From an archaeon (GTDB lineage Archaea; Nanobdellota; Nanobdellia; Pacearchaeales; GW2011-AR1), in NCBI GenBank assembly GCA_043815245.1, contig JBDRJD010000014.1:14986-78985 (forward strand): a stretch of DNA of 64,000 nucleotides, in the 5' to 3' direction. Position 1 is the stretch's first letter. Every line of letters starts with the position of its first letter. Under the pieces are notes generated by a model, which saw nothing but the letters and a program-made list of their open reading frames with translations, had not been told where the DNA came from and did no database searches. Below are positions 36,854 through 47,479 of the stretch, piece after piece. The position numbers and the translations under genes were made by a program.

Positions 36854-36930
36854 CTTATCGTCTAAAATTTTGATAACTTCAATTAAGATTGAAGAGAAAG
36901 TTTATAAATCTTATCAGTCTCTTTTAAGTA

Positions 36931-37962
36931 ATGATAAGCGAAATGAATTTTAGGAGGATTGCATTTTTAGGCATTGCGATTGTGCTAGCCGTTCTTGTGA
37001 TTCTTGTAGTTCGGCCGATTGCGGCGGCGATTGTAGGAGGATTGCTATTAGGTTATATGTTTTACCCAATATATAAGTATGTTTTGAAGGTTGTCAAGGA
37101 GAAAAATGTATCTGCTTTTATAGTCGTTGTATTAACTGTAATAATAATATTCTTACCATTCTGGTTCTTGTTTCCATTAGTAGCTAGGGAGATATTTAGT
37201 ATTTATACAATGTCACAACAAATAGATTTTCTGTCAATAATAAATACAATTCTGCCGCAACTTTCTGGCGATGAGGCCTTAACAAGGGAATTAGTTATCC
37301 TTTTCAATAATTTTGTCTCAAAATTTGCTAATTTGATAATATCTGAGTTTTCAGATACACTTTTGAACCTGCCAAATATTCTACTTCAAATGGTTGTAGT
37401 ACTGTTTGTTTTTTTCTTTACAATGAGAGATGCAGAAAAACTTAAGGGCTATATCAAAAGCCTGTCTCCATTTAACAAGAGGGTAGAAGAGGAAGTTTCT
37501 CAACAATTTAAGGATATTACAAATTCTGTTATTTATGGATTTGTTGTAGCGGGTATAATTCAAGGACTGTTAACCGGGGTGGCGCTTTTTGTTTTGGGAG
37601 TTGATAATGCTTTGTTGTTGACGGTCCTAGCGATACTTGCGGGGATATTCCCCTTGATAGGATCTTGGTTGATCTGGTTCCCGGTAACGGTTTACCTATT
37701 TTTTACAGGAAGAGTCGCGGCAGCTATCGGGCTACTAATTTATGGGGCTATATTTGTTTCTTCTTTAGACAATTTCATAAGACCTTATATTGTAGCCAAA
37801 AAAGTGCATTTATCTTCAGCAATTGTCTTTATAGGGATGATTGGAGGCCTGATTGTTTTTGGAATTTTAGGATTGATCATAGGCCCCTTAATTATCTCTT
37901 ATTTTATGGTCATCTTAGATGCTTATAGAAATAAAAAATTTGAAAGTTTCTTTTCACAATAA
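36931..37962 (+). CDS. AI-2E family transporter
   Basis: PLIGS...DNFIRP...GG...FGILGLIIGP. Confidence 0.92.
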   Translation: MISEMNFRRIAFLGIAIVLAVLVILVVRPIAAAIVGGLLLGYMFYPIYKYVLKVVKEKNVSAFIVVVLTVIIIFLPFWFLFPLVAREIFSIYTMSQQIDFLSIINTILPQLSGDEALTRELVILFNNFVSKFANLIISEFSDTLLNLPNILLQMVVVLFVFFFTMRDAEKLKGYIKSLSPFNKRVEEEVSQQFKDITNSVIYGFVVAGIIQGLLTGVALFVLGVDNALLLTVLAILAGIFPLIGSWLIWFPVTVYLFFTGRVAAAIGLLIYGAIFVSSLDNFIRPYIVAKKVHLSSAIVFIGMIGGLIVFGILGLIIGPLIISYFMVILDAYRNKKFESFFSQ

Positions 37963-37968
37963 AAGAGG

Positions 37969-39435
37969 ATGGAGCTAAGAGTAAAACTTCTGAAGTGGAG
38001 TGCTGGAAGGCCTGTTGTAATCCTGCATAATAAGTTAGCTAGGCGGATGTCTCTCCATCTTAGTGATAGGATACTCATACGAAAAGGCTCAAAAAAGATT
38101 ATCTCTATTGTAGACTTTTCGCAAGACTTGGTTAAGGAAAACCAAATAGCTATTTCTATAGAAGTGTGTAAAAAACTAAGATTGAGTTCTGGTGAGAAGG
38201 TTAAAATTGCTTCAACTAGTTCGCCTGAAAGTATTAAATTTATAAGTGAAAAATTAAAATGCAAGCGGTTGAAAAAGAGAGAGTTAGAAGTAATAGTGAG
38301 AGATATAGTGACTAATGCCTTGACTGAAGCTGAAGTAGCTTACTTTGTTTCTTCGATTTACCGGTGTGGAATGACTTTGAAGGAAATTAAATACCTTACT
38401 GAGGCAATGGTCTCTTCTGGAAAGAAGTTAAAATTAAAGGGTAAACTCATAGCAGATAAACATAGTATCGGAGGGGTTGCGGGGAGGACTACGCCCATTG
38501 TAGTCTCCATATGTGCGGCTGCTGGTATTATAATCCCAAAAACTTCGAGTAGAGCGATTACCACTGCAGCTGGGACGGCTGACGCGCTGGAAACAATATG
38601 CGGAGTAGAGTTTTCAATTAAAGAAATTAAAAAGATTATTAGGAAAGTTGGGGCGTGCATGGTGTGGGGGGGGAGCCTGGGACTAGCCCCGGCAGATGAT
38701 AAAATAATCCAAGTTGAAAAACTGCTTAAACTTGATCCGGAACCACAGCTTATAGCGAGTATTATGGCGAAAAAGCTTGCTGTAAGCTCAAAGTATGTTA
38801 TTTTACATATTCCCTATGGTAAAAATGCAAAGGTTGATAAAAAGGGGGGTTTATCTTTAGAAAGAAAATTTAAAAAGCTGGCAAAGAAATTTAGAATAAA
38901 GGTGAGATGCATACTCACAAAAGCAGAAGAACCTTATGGAAAAGGAATTGGACCCGTTTTAGAGATGAGAGATGTAATCCAGGTATTAAAAAGAGAGGAC
39001 CCGTGCCATATGCTTGAGAAAAAGTCTTTATTATTGGCAGCGGGATTACTCGAACTTACAGGCGTAGCTAAAAGGGGAGGGGGATATAAGCTAGCCTATA
39101 AAATCTTAGACTCCAAACTAGCTTTAAAAAAGTTTAAAGAGATAATTAAGGCCCAAAAAGGTAAAATTGTAAACTTAGAAACTTCTGGATTAAAAAAAGA
39201 TATAAAATCTTTGAGGGAGGGGATAGTTAAAGAGATAGACAATAAAAAAATTAATTCGGTTGCAATTGCCTCTGGCTGCCCATTAGATAAAGGATCAGGG
39301 GTCTACTTACATAAACATATTGGAGATAAAGTGAACAAGGGGGAGAATATACTCACGATATATGCAGAGTCTAGAAGTGAATTAAACGAGGCAGTAGAGG
39401 CTTATTCTAAATTAAAACCACTTAAAATTTTGTAA
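37969..39435 (+). CDS. deoA: AMP phosphorylase (archaeal NMP phosphorylase)
   Basis: N-terminal double-psi extension, DKHSIGG, PKTSSRAIT, LAPADD, GIGPVLE. Confidence 0.93.
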   Translation: MELRVKLLKWSAGRPVVILHNKLARRMSLHLSDRILIRKGSKKIISIVDFSQDLVKENQIAISIEVCKKLRLSSGEKVKIASTSSPESIKFISEKLKCKRLKKRELEVIVRDIVTNALTEAEVAYFVSSIYRCGMTLKEIKYLTEAMVSSGKKLKLKGKLIADKHSIGGVAGRTTPIVVSICAAAGIIIPKTSSRAITTAAGTADALETICGVEFSIKEIKKIIRKVGACMVWGGSLGLAPADDKIIQVEKLLKLDPEPQLIASIMAKKLAVSSKYVILHIPYGKNAKVDKKGGLSLERKFKKLAKKFRIKVRCILTKAEEPYGKGIGPVLEMRDVIQVLKREDPCHMLEKKSLLLAAGLLELTGVAKRGGGYKLAYKILDSKLALKKFKEIIKAQKGKIVNLETSGLKKDIKSLREGIVKEIDNKKINSVAIASGCPLDKGSGVYLHKHIGDKVNKGENILTIYAESRSELNEAVEAYSKLKPLKIL

Positions 39436-39485
39436 ATTGGAATAATTAGCAATACCTTTAAATATCAGTTAAAATTGATAAAAAC

Positions 39486-39638
39486 ATGACAAAGTTTAAT
39501 TGTAAAGGATGCAATTATAGGTTTGAACTTAACAAAGAGGAATCCCCTGAAAGATGTCCTTACTGTGACATGAAAGGAAGTGTAATGAAAGAACAAACGG
39601 CGGATGAAATCCTGGATGAGATAGATAACATTAAATAA
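39486..39638 (+). CDS. 50-aa zinc-ribbon protein, not in ORF track
   Basis: Hand translation MTKFNCKGCNYRF...ERCPYCDMKG...ADEILDEI; TATA TTTAAAAT upstream. Confidence 0.75.
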   Translation: MTKFNCKGCNYRFELNKEESPERCPYCDMKGSVMKEQTADEILDEIDNIK

Positions 39639-39659
39639 ATTAAGGGAATTTTTATTTAT

Positions 39660-42380
39660 ATGGGTGAAGACAAATTTGAGAAAGATGGGAATCTCTTAAT
39701 AGAAAAGAGGAAAAAAGATATTCTGAAGTTTCTAAAAAGCAAAGGTAGCCTCTTAGTTATATTGGGGGTGATTATCTTAATTTTCTTAACTTGGCATACA
39801 AGAACTGTAAACCTGGAGCAGTTAAAAGATATAACTACGGGGGATTATACTTTGGGGCCGGACCTAGACCCTTTTTTGTTTTTGAGATATGCGGAAATGA
39901 TCTTAGAAACTGGAGATCTAGTGGAAGTGGATTACATGAGATATGTCCCCCTTGGGTATAATACTGCAGGAGAGACGCGGTTGCTACCTTACATGATTGT
40001 CTACCTTTATAAGGTCTTAAATTTTTTTAACCAGTCAACACTAAGTTACGCGGCAGTGATATTTCCCGCATTAATGTTTTTGTTAACTGCAGTGACTTTT
40101 TTTCTTTTTGTAAGAAAAGTTTTTGATAAGCATAAATATATGGACTGGATCTCATTAATAGCTACCGCCTTCCTTATTGTTTCGCCTTCCTTATTGTCTA
40201 GGACAGTGGCTGGAATTCCTGAGAAGGAATCTGCAGGCTTTTTCTTTATGTTCCTTGCTTTTTACTTTTTTATCTATGCTTGGAGATGTCAGAGTCTAAA
40301 AAAGAGTTTGATATTGGCTGTTCTGGCCGGAGTGTCTACTGCATTAATGGGTTTGATTTGGGGGGGTTGGATATATATCTGGGTTAGTATTGCTCTTTTT
40401 GCCTTTGTTGTTTTTATAATTGGGGGGGTGGGTAAAAAGGAAGCGTATGTTTATGGTTTGTGGTGGGTGTTTTCTGTTTTGGGGGTCATGGTTTTCTCAA
40501 CGAGATTTTCTCTGGCAGATTTGATATATTCAACTTCGACAGGAATAGCTTTTGTGGTGCTTTCCTTGATTATTGTGGACTACATAGTTTTTAATACAAA
40601 GATCAAAGAAATTAAGAATATAGTAAAAATGAGGTCAAAAGTTCCAGATCGCGTCATTTCGATAATCTTATTAACCATACTGGGAATAGCAGCCTCAACT
40701 ATCTTTTTAGGAATTTCTTTTATTCCAAATTTCGTTAGCCATATATTTTTCTCTTTAACACAACCATATACTGATAGACTTTCATTCACTGTTGCTGAAA
40801 ATAGACAGCCTTATTTTAGTGAATGGGCTGGGAGCTTTGGACCAATAGTTGGAAGCATACCTTTATTTTTCTGGTTATTTTTCTTAGGCTCTATATTGTT
40901 ATTTTATGACTCTGTAAAAAAGTTAGAGAAAAAGAGGAGGGGGATGCTTTTAGCAGGATACATTCTCTTTTTATTTGCCCTGATCTTTAGTAGATATGGC
41001 TCTAACCATATTATGAATGGAATGAACAATCTTAGTAAGGGCGTTTACTTCGGAGGATTTATAATTCTGGGAGGTATTGGAAGTTATATATATTACAAAT
41101 ATTATAAAGAGGGGGAATTAACTGAACTTAAAAAAATAGATACCTCTTATTTATTTTTGATAGCTTTTTTTATTGTAAGCTTAATAGGTGCTAGAAGTGC
41201 AGTTAGACTGATTATGGTTTTGTCACCTCCTGCTGCAGGGATAGTCGGTTTTTTTACAATGGCTGTTATTGAAAGGGCTAGAAAGGAAAAAGAAGAGACC
41301 TTGAAAATGGCCTTGGTAGTGGGGGCCATAATTATAGCGATCCTCTCAATATACGCATTTTACTTTAATTATCAGGTTACAGTGGCTCAGGCGAGGGGCA
41401 TGGTGCCTTCTTCATATACAAACCAGTGGCAAAAAGCAATGGAATGGGTAAGAACTGAAACCCCTGAAGAGGCGGTGTTCTCACATTGGTGGGATTACGG
41501 TTATTGGGTTCAAACAATTGGTGAAAGGGCGACTGTTTTAGATGGAGGGAACTCGCTCCCTTATTGGAATCATTTGATAGCACGCCACGTACTAACGGGT
41601 AATGATGAAAAAAATGCATTAGAATTTTTATATACGCACGAAGCCACGCACCTTTTAATTGACTCAACAGACGTTGGAAAATATCCTGCATATTCTACAA
41701 TTGGTAGTGATGAAAATTACGACAGAGCCAGTTGGTTGCCTGTAATGCAGAGAAGAGAAGATTTAATGAAGGAGACTAAGAACGGAACAGTACACTATTA
41801 CGAGGCCAATTTTGGATTAGATGAGGACATACTTTGGGAGATAGATGGTGGGCAGGTGTTACTCCCAGGAGGAGTCGCAGGCGTGGGAGCCATCCAACTG
41901 AAGATTGAGAATAATGAGTTGAAACAGCCAGAGGCAATTGTGATAGATAGGGGGAAACAGTATAACCTCCCCTTAAGATATGTTTACTATAAGGGAGAAC
42001 TAATAGATTTTGGCGGTGGGTTAGAGGCGGGAATATTCGTATTCCAGAGACTTATAAGTGATGGAAGTAGGATAAATGGAGTAGACGAAATTGGGGCAGC
42101 CATCTACCTTAGCCCTAGAACGATAAGAGGGTATATGGCTAGACTGTATTTGCTGGATGAACAAGATACTCCATTCAAGCTGGTCCATGTAGAAGAGAAC
42201 TTAATAGTTTCTCAGCTGAGAGCTCAGGGACTGCAGCTTGATTCTTTTGTATTATATGGTGGCCTGCTTGGCCCAATTAAAATTTGGGAGATTGAGTACC
42301 CCGGAGATATCACAGTAAATGGGACTTATCTTGAACTAGACTTTTCAAATGAGGAGTTAAAAATATCCAGGAGCGCATAA
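39660..42380 (+). CDS. aglB: Oligosaccharyltransferase AglB (STT3)
   Basis: WWDYG, DLDP, TVAEN, multi-TM N-terminus. Confidence 0.97.
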   Translation: MGEDKFEKDGNLLIEKRKKDILKFLKSKGSLLVILGVIILIFLTWHTRTVNLEQLKDITTGDYTLGPDLDPFLFLRYAEMILETGDLVEVDYMRYVPLGYNTAGETRLLPYMIVYLYKVLNFFNQSTLSYAAVIFPALMFLLTAVTFFLFVRKVFDKHKYMDWISLIATAFLIVSPSLLSRTVAGIPEKESAGFFFMFLAFYFFIYAWRCQSLKKSLILAVLAGVSTALMGLIWGGWIYIWVSIALFAFVVFIIGGVGKKEAYVYGLWWVFSVLGVMVFSTRFSLADLIYSTSTGIAFVVLSLIIVDYIVFNTKIKEIKNIVKMRSKVPDRVISIILLTILGIAASTIFLGISFIPNFVSHIFFSLTQPYTDRLSFTVAENRQPYFSEWAGSFGPIVGSIPLFFWLFFLGSILLFYDSVKKLEKKRRGMLLAGYILFLFALIFSRYGSNHIMNGMNNLSKGVYFGGFIILGGIGSYIYYKYYKEGELTELKKIDTSYLFLIAFFIVSLIGARSAVRLIMVLSPPAAGIVGFFTMAVIERARKEKEETLKMALVVGAIIIAILSIYAFYFNYQVTVAQARGMVPSSYTNQWQKAMEWVRTETPEEAVFSHWWDYGYWVQTIGERATVLDGGNSLPYWNHLIARHVLTGNDEKNALEFLYTHEATHLLIDSTDVGKYPAYSTIGSDENYDRASWLPVMQRREDLMKETKNGTVHYYEANFGLDEDILWEIDGGQVLLPGGVAGVGAIQLKIENNELKQPEAIVIDRGKQYNLPLRYVYYKGELIDFGGGLEAGIFVFQRLISDGSRINGVDEIGAAIYLSPRTIRGYMARLYLLDEQDTPFKLVHVEENLIVSQLRAQGLQLDSFVLYGGLLGPIKIWEIEYPGDITVNGTYLELDFSNEELKISRSA

Positions 42381-42381
42381 T

Positions 42382-43401
42382 ATGGAAGCTTTATTAATAA
42401 TTCCTTTGGTTCTGAGTTTCTTTCTTACATTCTTTATTCTCCCACCATGGATAAAAAAAGCGGGCGTGATAGGTTTTAAGTGGGAGGACATGAACAAGAC
42501 AGACCGACGAGAGGTTGCAGGGGGAGGGGGAATAAGTGTAGTCACAGGGTTTATTTTTGGAGTCTTGATTTACATTGCAATTCAAACTTTTTATTTTAAC
42601 AGTGCGGAGAATATTATTGAAATTTTTGCAATGATTTCCTCTATCCTAATATTAGGGTTTATTGGTCTAATCGATGATATGTTTGGGTGGCAACATGGGG
42701 GGTTAAGTAAAAAGTTTAGGGTGATAATGTGTTTGCTAGCCTCAATTCCTTTAGTAGTCATAAATGCTGGAACATCTGCGATTTCGGTGCCATTTATAGA
42801 GGGAATTAATCTGGGGCTAATTTATCCTTTAGTAGTCATCCCAATTGGGATAACAGGTGCGGCAACAACTTTTAATTTTCTTGCAGGATTTAATGGCCTG
42901 GAGGCTAGCCAAGGTATACTTTTAATAGCCTCCTTGGCTGTGGTGAACTACTATACTGGAAATATCTGGCTAGTGATTATATGCTTAGTAATGGTGGCAA
43001 GCTTGTTGGCATTTTGGGTTTTCAACAAGTACCCTTCAAAGGTGTTTCCAGGAGATAGTTTAACATATTCCATAGGGGGATTAATAGCAATAATTGCAAT
43101 TTTGGGGAATATAGAAAGAATTACTGTCTTTTTCTTCATACCTTATATCTTTGAAACGGTTTTGAAGGTTAGAGGGGGGCTTAAGAAGCAATCCTTTGGC
43201 AAGGTAAATGAAGATGGAAGTCTAGGGTTACCATATGAAAAAATATACGGACTTGAACATTTGGCAATCTATATAATTAAAAAGATGAAAAAGTCCGGGA
43301 GGGCATATGAGAGAGAAGTAGTTTATTTAATCTTATTTTTTCAGATGGGTATAATCGTGTTGGGGTTTATATTATTCAATAAAAGTATTTTTGGAATATG
43401 A
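42382..43401 (+). CDS. aglH: UDP-GlcNAc:polyprenyl-phosphate GlcNAc-1-P transferase (AglH/GPT, MraY family)
   Basis: GLIDD, NFLAGFNGLE, NKYPSKVFPGD. Confidence 0.9.
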   Translation: MEALLIIPLVLSFFLTFFILPPWIKKAGVIGFKWEDMNKTDRREVAGGGGISVVTGFIFGVLIYIAIQTFYFNSAENIIEIFAMISSILILGFIGLIDDMFGWQHGGLSKKFRVIMCLLASIPLVVINAGTSAISVPFIEGINLGLIYPLVVIPIGITGAATTFNFLAGFNGLEASQGILLIASLAVVNYYTGNIWLVIICLVMVASLLAFWVFNKYPSKVFPGDSLTYSIGGLIAIIAILGNIERITVFFFIPYIFETVLKVRGGLKKQSFGKVNEDGSLGLPYEKIYGLEHLAIYIIKKMKKSGRAYEREVVYLILFFQMGIIVLGFILFNKSIFGI

Positions 43402-44624
43402 TTAAAAGAATTTTATCAAATGAACTGGCCAAGGGAAGTTTTATCCTTTTGATTCTGATTAATGTTTTTAATATAATAAATTATTTGTTTCAATTTAGTA
43501 TGGCAAGGCTTCTTGGGCCGGCGGATTTTAGAATCATAGCTGCAATGATGTCCTTAATTTATATCTTTTCAGTTCCTTCAGAAGCTATCCAGACAATAAT
43601 CTCCAGGTATGCTTCCAAGTATAATCTTAGTAGAGAACTCGGAAGGATGAAGAACTTATTAGTAAAGGGTTTAAAAAAGGGGTTCTTGTTAGCTTTAGTA
43701 AGCTATCTTATATTTTCAGTTTTGGCTATTTTTTTAGCAGAGTTTATTAGAGTAGACTACTGGATTATTGAACTCACGGGCATTGTCATTTTTGGTAGCT
43801 TTTTGATGCCTGTGTTGAGGGGGGTGCTTCAAGGGCAAAAAAAGTTTGCTTCTCTTGGGGGGAGCTTGATTATTGAGGCAGGCATAAGATTGGTTCTGGC
43901 TGTTTTGCTGGTTGTGGCTGGATTTGGAGTATTTGGAGCGGTATGGGGAATTGTGATTGCAACTGTTTTAGGTTTTTTAGTTATATTTGTATTTATGAAA
44001 AGAGTGATTAGAAGTGATCTGGTAAGTGAGAAGGTTGAAGGAATCTACCGCTACAGCCTCCCTGTATTTATAACTATTTTAGTGATCGTTCTTATGTATA
44101 GTTTAGATGTTTGGTTTGCGAACAGATTTTTTTCTGTTGAAGAAGCGGGAGTATACGCAGTAGTATCAACTCTTGGCAAGATGATTTTCTTTGGTACCGT
44201 TGCTATAAGCAAGGCAATGTTTCCCTTGGCTAGTGAAGGCCATGAAGCGAAAAGGAATACTAAAAGAATATTAAAGAAAGCGCTCATTATAATAGTGGGT
44301 ATAAGCTTAGTGGCAATATTCCTTTTTTTAGTCTTTCCAAAATTAATAATAGGTATCCTGTTTGGAGAGGACTATATCTCCGGATATAGTATCTTAGTAT
44401 ATATTGGAATAGGATTTAGCTTGCTTTCGATAACAAATCTAGTTTTGATGTATGGGCTTTCCACAAATAAAGTTAATTTAAATTCGCTAATATTGTTCTT
44501 GTTTTTGTTAATTCAAATATTACTGTTTCTCCTATTTCATGGGAATCTTTTTGAGTTTTCGATAGCTTTTTTAAGTTCAAATATTCTAATGCTTATAGGA
44601 AGTTTGGTGATTACTTGGAAATAA
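43398..44624 (+). CDS. Oligosaccharide flippase (Wzx/MATE-like)
   Basis: ARLLGPADF, RGVLQG, AGVYA, multiple TMs. Confidence 0.9.
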   Translation: MIKRILSNELAKGSFILLILINVFNIINYLFQFSMARLLGPADFRIIAAMMSLIYIFSVPSEAIQTIISRYASKYNLSRELGRMKNLLVKGLKKGFLLALVSYLIFSVLAIFLAEFIRVDYWIIELTGIVIFGSFLMPVLRGVLQGQKKFASLGGSLIIEAGIRLVLAVLLVVAGFGVFGAVWGIVIATVLGFLVIFVFMKRVIRSDLVSEKVEGIYRYSLPVFITILVIVLMYSLDVWFANRFFSVEEAGVYAVVSTLGKMIFFGTVAISKAMFPLASEGHEAKRNTKRILKKALIIIVGISLVAIFLFLVFPKLIIGILFGEDYISGYSILVYIGIGFSLLSITNLVLMYGLSTNKVNLNSLILFLFLLIQILLFLLFHGNLFEFSIAFLSSNILMLIGSLVITWK

Positions 44625-44637
44625 AGATTAAGGGAAA

Positions 44638-45411
44638 ATGAGAGTTAGCATTATAATTCCAGCATATAATGAAGAGGAAGCCATAGGCAGGATCCTAGAA
44701 GAATATTGTAGCTATCTAAGAAAGCAAAGAGCGGGTTTCGAGGTCTTAGTGGTAATCAATAACACAAATGATGGAACGGAAAGAATAATCAAGGAATACC
44801 AAAAAAAATACCCTGAGATTAGATATTTAAACCTAAGAGAAGGTGGCAAGGGTTTTGCAATAATTGAGGGTTTTAAGGACGCTCTAAAAAGAAAGAACAA
44901 CGACCTAATTGGGTTTGTAGATGCAGATCTTTCAACATCTGCAAAGGAATATTACAAATTAATACGGCAATTAGGATCGTATGAAGGAATAATTGCTAGT
45001 AGGTGGTTAAAGGGGGCAAAACAAAATTACAGTTTTACTAGGAAGGTTACAAGTAGGGGTTTCAATTTTATAGTAAGGAGTTTGTTTTTGTTTCCCTATC
45101 GGGACACACAATGTGGCGCAAAAGTTTTCAAGAGGCACGCAATTGAAAGCATAGCAGAAGAAATCAAAATTACAAGATGGGCTTTTGATGTGGAATTGCT
45201 GTATAGAATAAGGAAAAAAAATTATAGGGTGAAGGAGATCCCAACATGCTGGGAGGAAAAATTAAGAAAGTCTAAATTAGATTTGAGAATAGTGCCATTG
45301 CAAATGTTTTCAGCAATGGTACGATTAAGACTGTTAAACTCCCCATTTAAATTTGTTGTGAGATTTTATGATAAAATGCCAGAGTCATTAAAGATTCACC
45401 ATAGAAGATGA
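44638..45411 (+). CDS. GT2 polyprenyl-phosphate glycosyltransferase
   Basis: IPAYNEE, DADLS, DTQCGAK, WAFDVELL. Confidence 0.92.
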   Translation: MRVSIIIPAYNEEEAIGRILEEYCSYLRKQRAGFEVLVVINNTNDGTERIIKEYQKKYPEIRYLNLREGGKGFAIIEGFKDALKRKNNDLIGFVDADLSTSAKEYYKLIRQLGSYEGIIASRWLKGAKQNYSFTRKVTSRGFNFIVRSLFLFPYRDTQCGAKVFKRHAIESIAEEIKITRWAFDVELLYRIRKKNYRVKEIPTCWEEKLRKSKLDLRIVPLQMFSAMVRLRLLNSPFKFVVRFYDKMPESLKIHHRR

Positions 45412-46328
45412 AGTTAAGTTTTCTGATAGCGGTGCATAATGAAGAGAAGATTTTAGCTAAAAGCCTGAGAAATTTGGTCAATTTACCTTATGAAGACTAT
45501 GAAATTATTTTGGGATTGGATGGGTGCACAGATGGTTCTGAAAATATAGTGAAGGATTTTCAGAGAAAGTATAAAAATATTAAGTACAGTAAATTGAATT
45601 TGAGGCAAGGAAAGCCGGAGGTAATAGACCATATAGTGAAACTTGCAGGAGGAGATATTCTAATTGTTAATGACGCTGATTGGATATTTAAGGTAAGAAA
45701 TAAAAAAGAACTGGAAGATTTTATTTCTGTTTTTAAAAACCCAAAAATCGGGGGAATTGCTGAATCATTTCCACTGGAGTGGGACCGGGAAAAAGTAAAG
45801 AAGGGAAATTTAGGATATAAAATGATTGCATATAGTGGGTATTTTTGGTTTAAATATCAAAGAGAAAAATTCACTTCAAGAGGGGATGGATTGATTTACT
45901 TAAAAAAACCGACAATGTTTTTAACAAACATTTATAGAAGGGAGTTGTATAAAAAGAACTTTTCATTAGGTGATGACTTTGAAAGAACAAAGAATATAAT
46001 GGATAAGGGATATAAAGTAGTTGTGTTCTCGAATGAAAATATTCCAAGGATGATAGCAGTGTATAATGAAGTATCCCTGGGGGACCTCTTTAAACAGAAG
46101 TTACGAACAGCGGTAGCAAGGGATCAGTTGAAGTGGGAGCAGGAAATAAGTATAAAAGATTACTATTTGCCAGTTGTATGGGATATATTTATAAAATCTT
46201 GGAAAAAGAGTATTAAGGTGGGATTAATAGTAAGTTTATGGATTGTTATAACTTTAGTGGGCACGGTTCTCTCAAAGTTTAAAAAAATTGACACACGGGA
46301 GGGGTGGAAGTTACGTATGAAAAGATGA
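45408..46328 (+). CDS. GT2 glycosyltransferase
   Basis: VHNEE, DGCTDGS, NDAD. Confidence 0.85.
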   Translation: MKLSFLIAVHNEEKILAKSLRNLVNLPYEDYEIILGLDGCTDGSENIVKDFQRKYKNIKYSKLNLRQGKPEVIDHIVKLAGGDILIVNDADWIFKVRNKKELEDFISVFKNPKIGGIAESFPLEWDREKVKKGNLGYKMIAYSGYFWFKYQREKFTSRGDGLIYLKKPTMFLTNIYRRELYKKNFSLGDDFERTKNIMDKGYKVVVFSNENIPRMIAVYNEVSLGDLFKQKLRTAVARDQLKWEQEISIKDYYLPVVWDIFIKSWKKSIKVGLIVSLWIVITLVGTVLSKFKKIDTREGWKLRMKR

Positions 46329-47479
46329 AAATTTGGTTAGTTTATGACTATCTGAGTGAGGTGGGAGGGGTGGAAAGAGTAATGGCTACTCACGCACGAT
46401 GGTTCCAAGGGCAAGGACATGAAGTAAGTTTAATATTTAGTTATGTGGATGAAAAAACTAGAGAATATAGTTTTTTAAATGGGCTAGATATAAAGGAGAT
46501 GTCATCTTTTAAAATCAAAAGCGAGCCAATAAAATTATTTTCTTCGCTATTGGGTTTTAATAACTTTAAGAAACATAAAGTAGACTTTGTTATCTGTTAC
46601 TCCTTCCCTTCATTGTTTAGCACGAGGGGTATGGATTGTAAGAAAGGATTCTATTATCTTCCAATGGAGTTTGTTTATTTTCCGCTGAAGAAAAAAATAG
46701 AATGGGCCAATGACATAAAAAGGAAGCTGGCGGTTATAGGAAGTTTTTTTCTTTCTCCGGTTTTAAAAAGATGGGATAAAAAATTAATAGAGAATAAGCT
46801 GGTAATAGCCAATAGTGAGTTTACTAAAAATGAGATTAGTCAGAGGTATGGGGTGGAATCATTTGTGTCCTACCCCCCATTAAATGACGTATTTAAGCCA
46901 GAAAAAGATTACGGAAGTATTTTGGAGAAATATGGAATAAAGAAAGATTTTATACTGACGGCCGGCAGGATAATTCCTGATAAAAAAACAGATTGGTTAA
47001 TTGAAGTTTTTTCAAAAATAAAGGGAGAAATGGATTTTGTGATAGCAGGAGAGATAAGTGGAGAACACAAAGAAGAGCTTTTGAGGTTAGGTGAAAAACT
47101 GAACCTAAAAGGTAGGATTAGGATACTCGGATTAGTAAACCAAGAAGAATTAGTAAAACTTTACACAGCGGCGAAGGTATTTGTTTTTGCTTCACCAAAA
47201 GAAGCATTTGGATTAGTTCCAATTGAAGCAATGGCGTGTGGTACTCCAGTGGTAGCTTGGGACGATAAGGCTGGTCCGAATGAGTATGTGTTAAATAAAA
47301 TTAATGGATATTTAGCCAAACCCTATTCAACAATAGACTTTAAAGAAAAAGTTGAAAATGTTCTAAGGTCGGACTTTAAGAAGAAAAATAAAGTGAAGAT
47401 AATCAATTCAATAAAAAAATTTTTAGAAAAGTCTCAAGCAGATTTATTTTTAAGGAAAGTGGAGAATTATATTCAGTAG
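46325..47479 (+). CDS. GT4 glycosyltransferase
   Basis: GGVERV, ANSEFT, EAFGLVPIEAMACG. Confidence 0.93.
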   Translation: MKIWLVYDYLSEVGGVERVMATHARWFQGQGHEVSLIFSYVDEKTREYSFLNGLDIKEMSSFKIKSEPIKLFSSLLGFNNFKKHKVDFVICYSFPSLFSTRGMDCKKGFYYLPMEFVYFPLKKKIEWANDIKRKLAVIGSFFLSPVLKRWDKKLIENKLVIANSEFTKNEISQRYGVESFVSYPPLNDVFKPEKDYGSILEKYGIKKDFILTAGRIIPDKKTDWLIEVFSKIKGEMDFVIAGEISGEHKEELLRLGEKLNLKGRIRILGLVNQEELVKLYTAAKVFVFASPKEAFGLVPIEAMACGTPVVAWDDKAGPNEYVLNKINGYLAKPYSTIDFKEKVENVLRSDFKKKNKVKIINSIKKFLEKSQADLFLRKVENYIQ

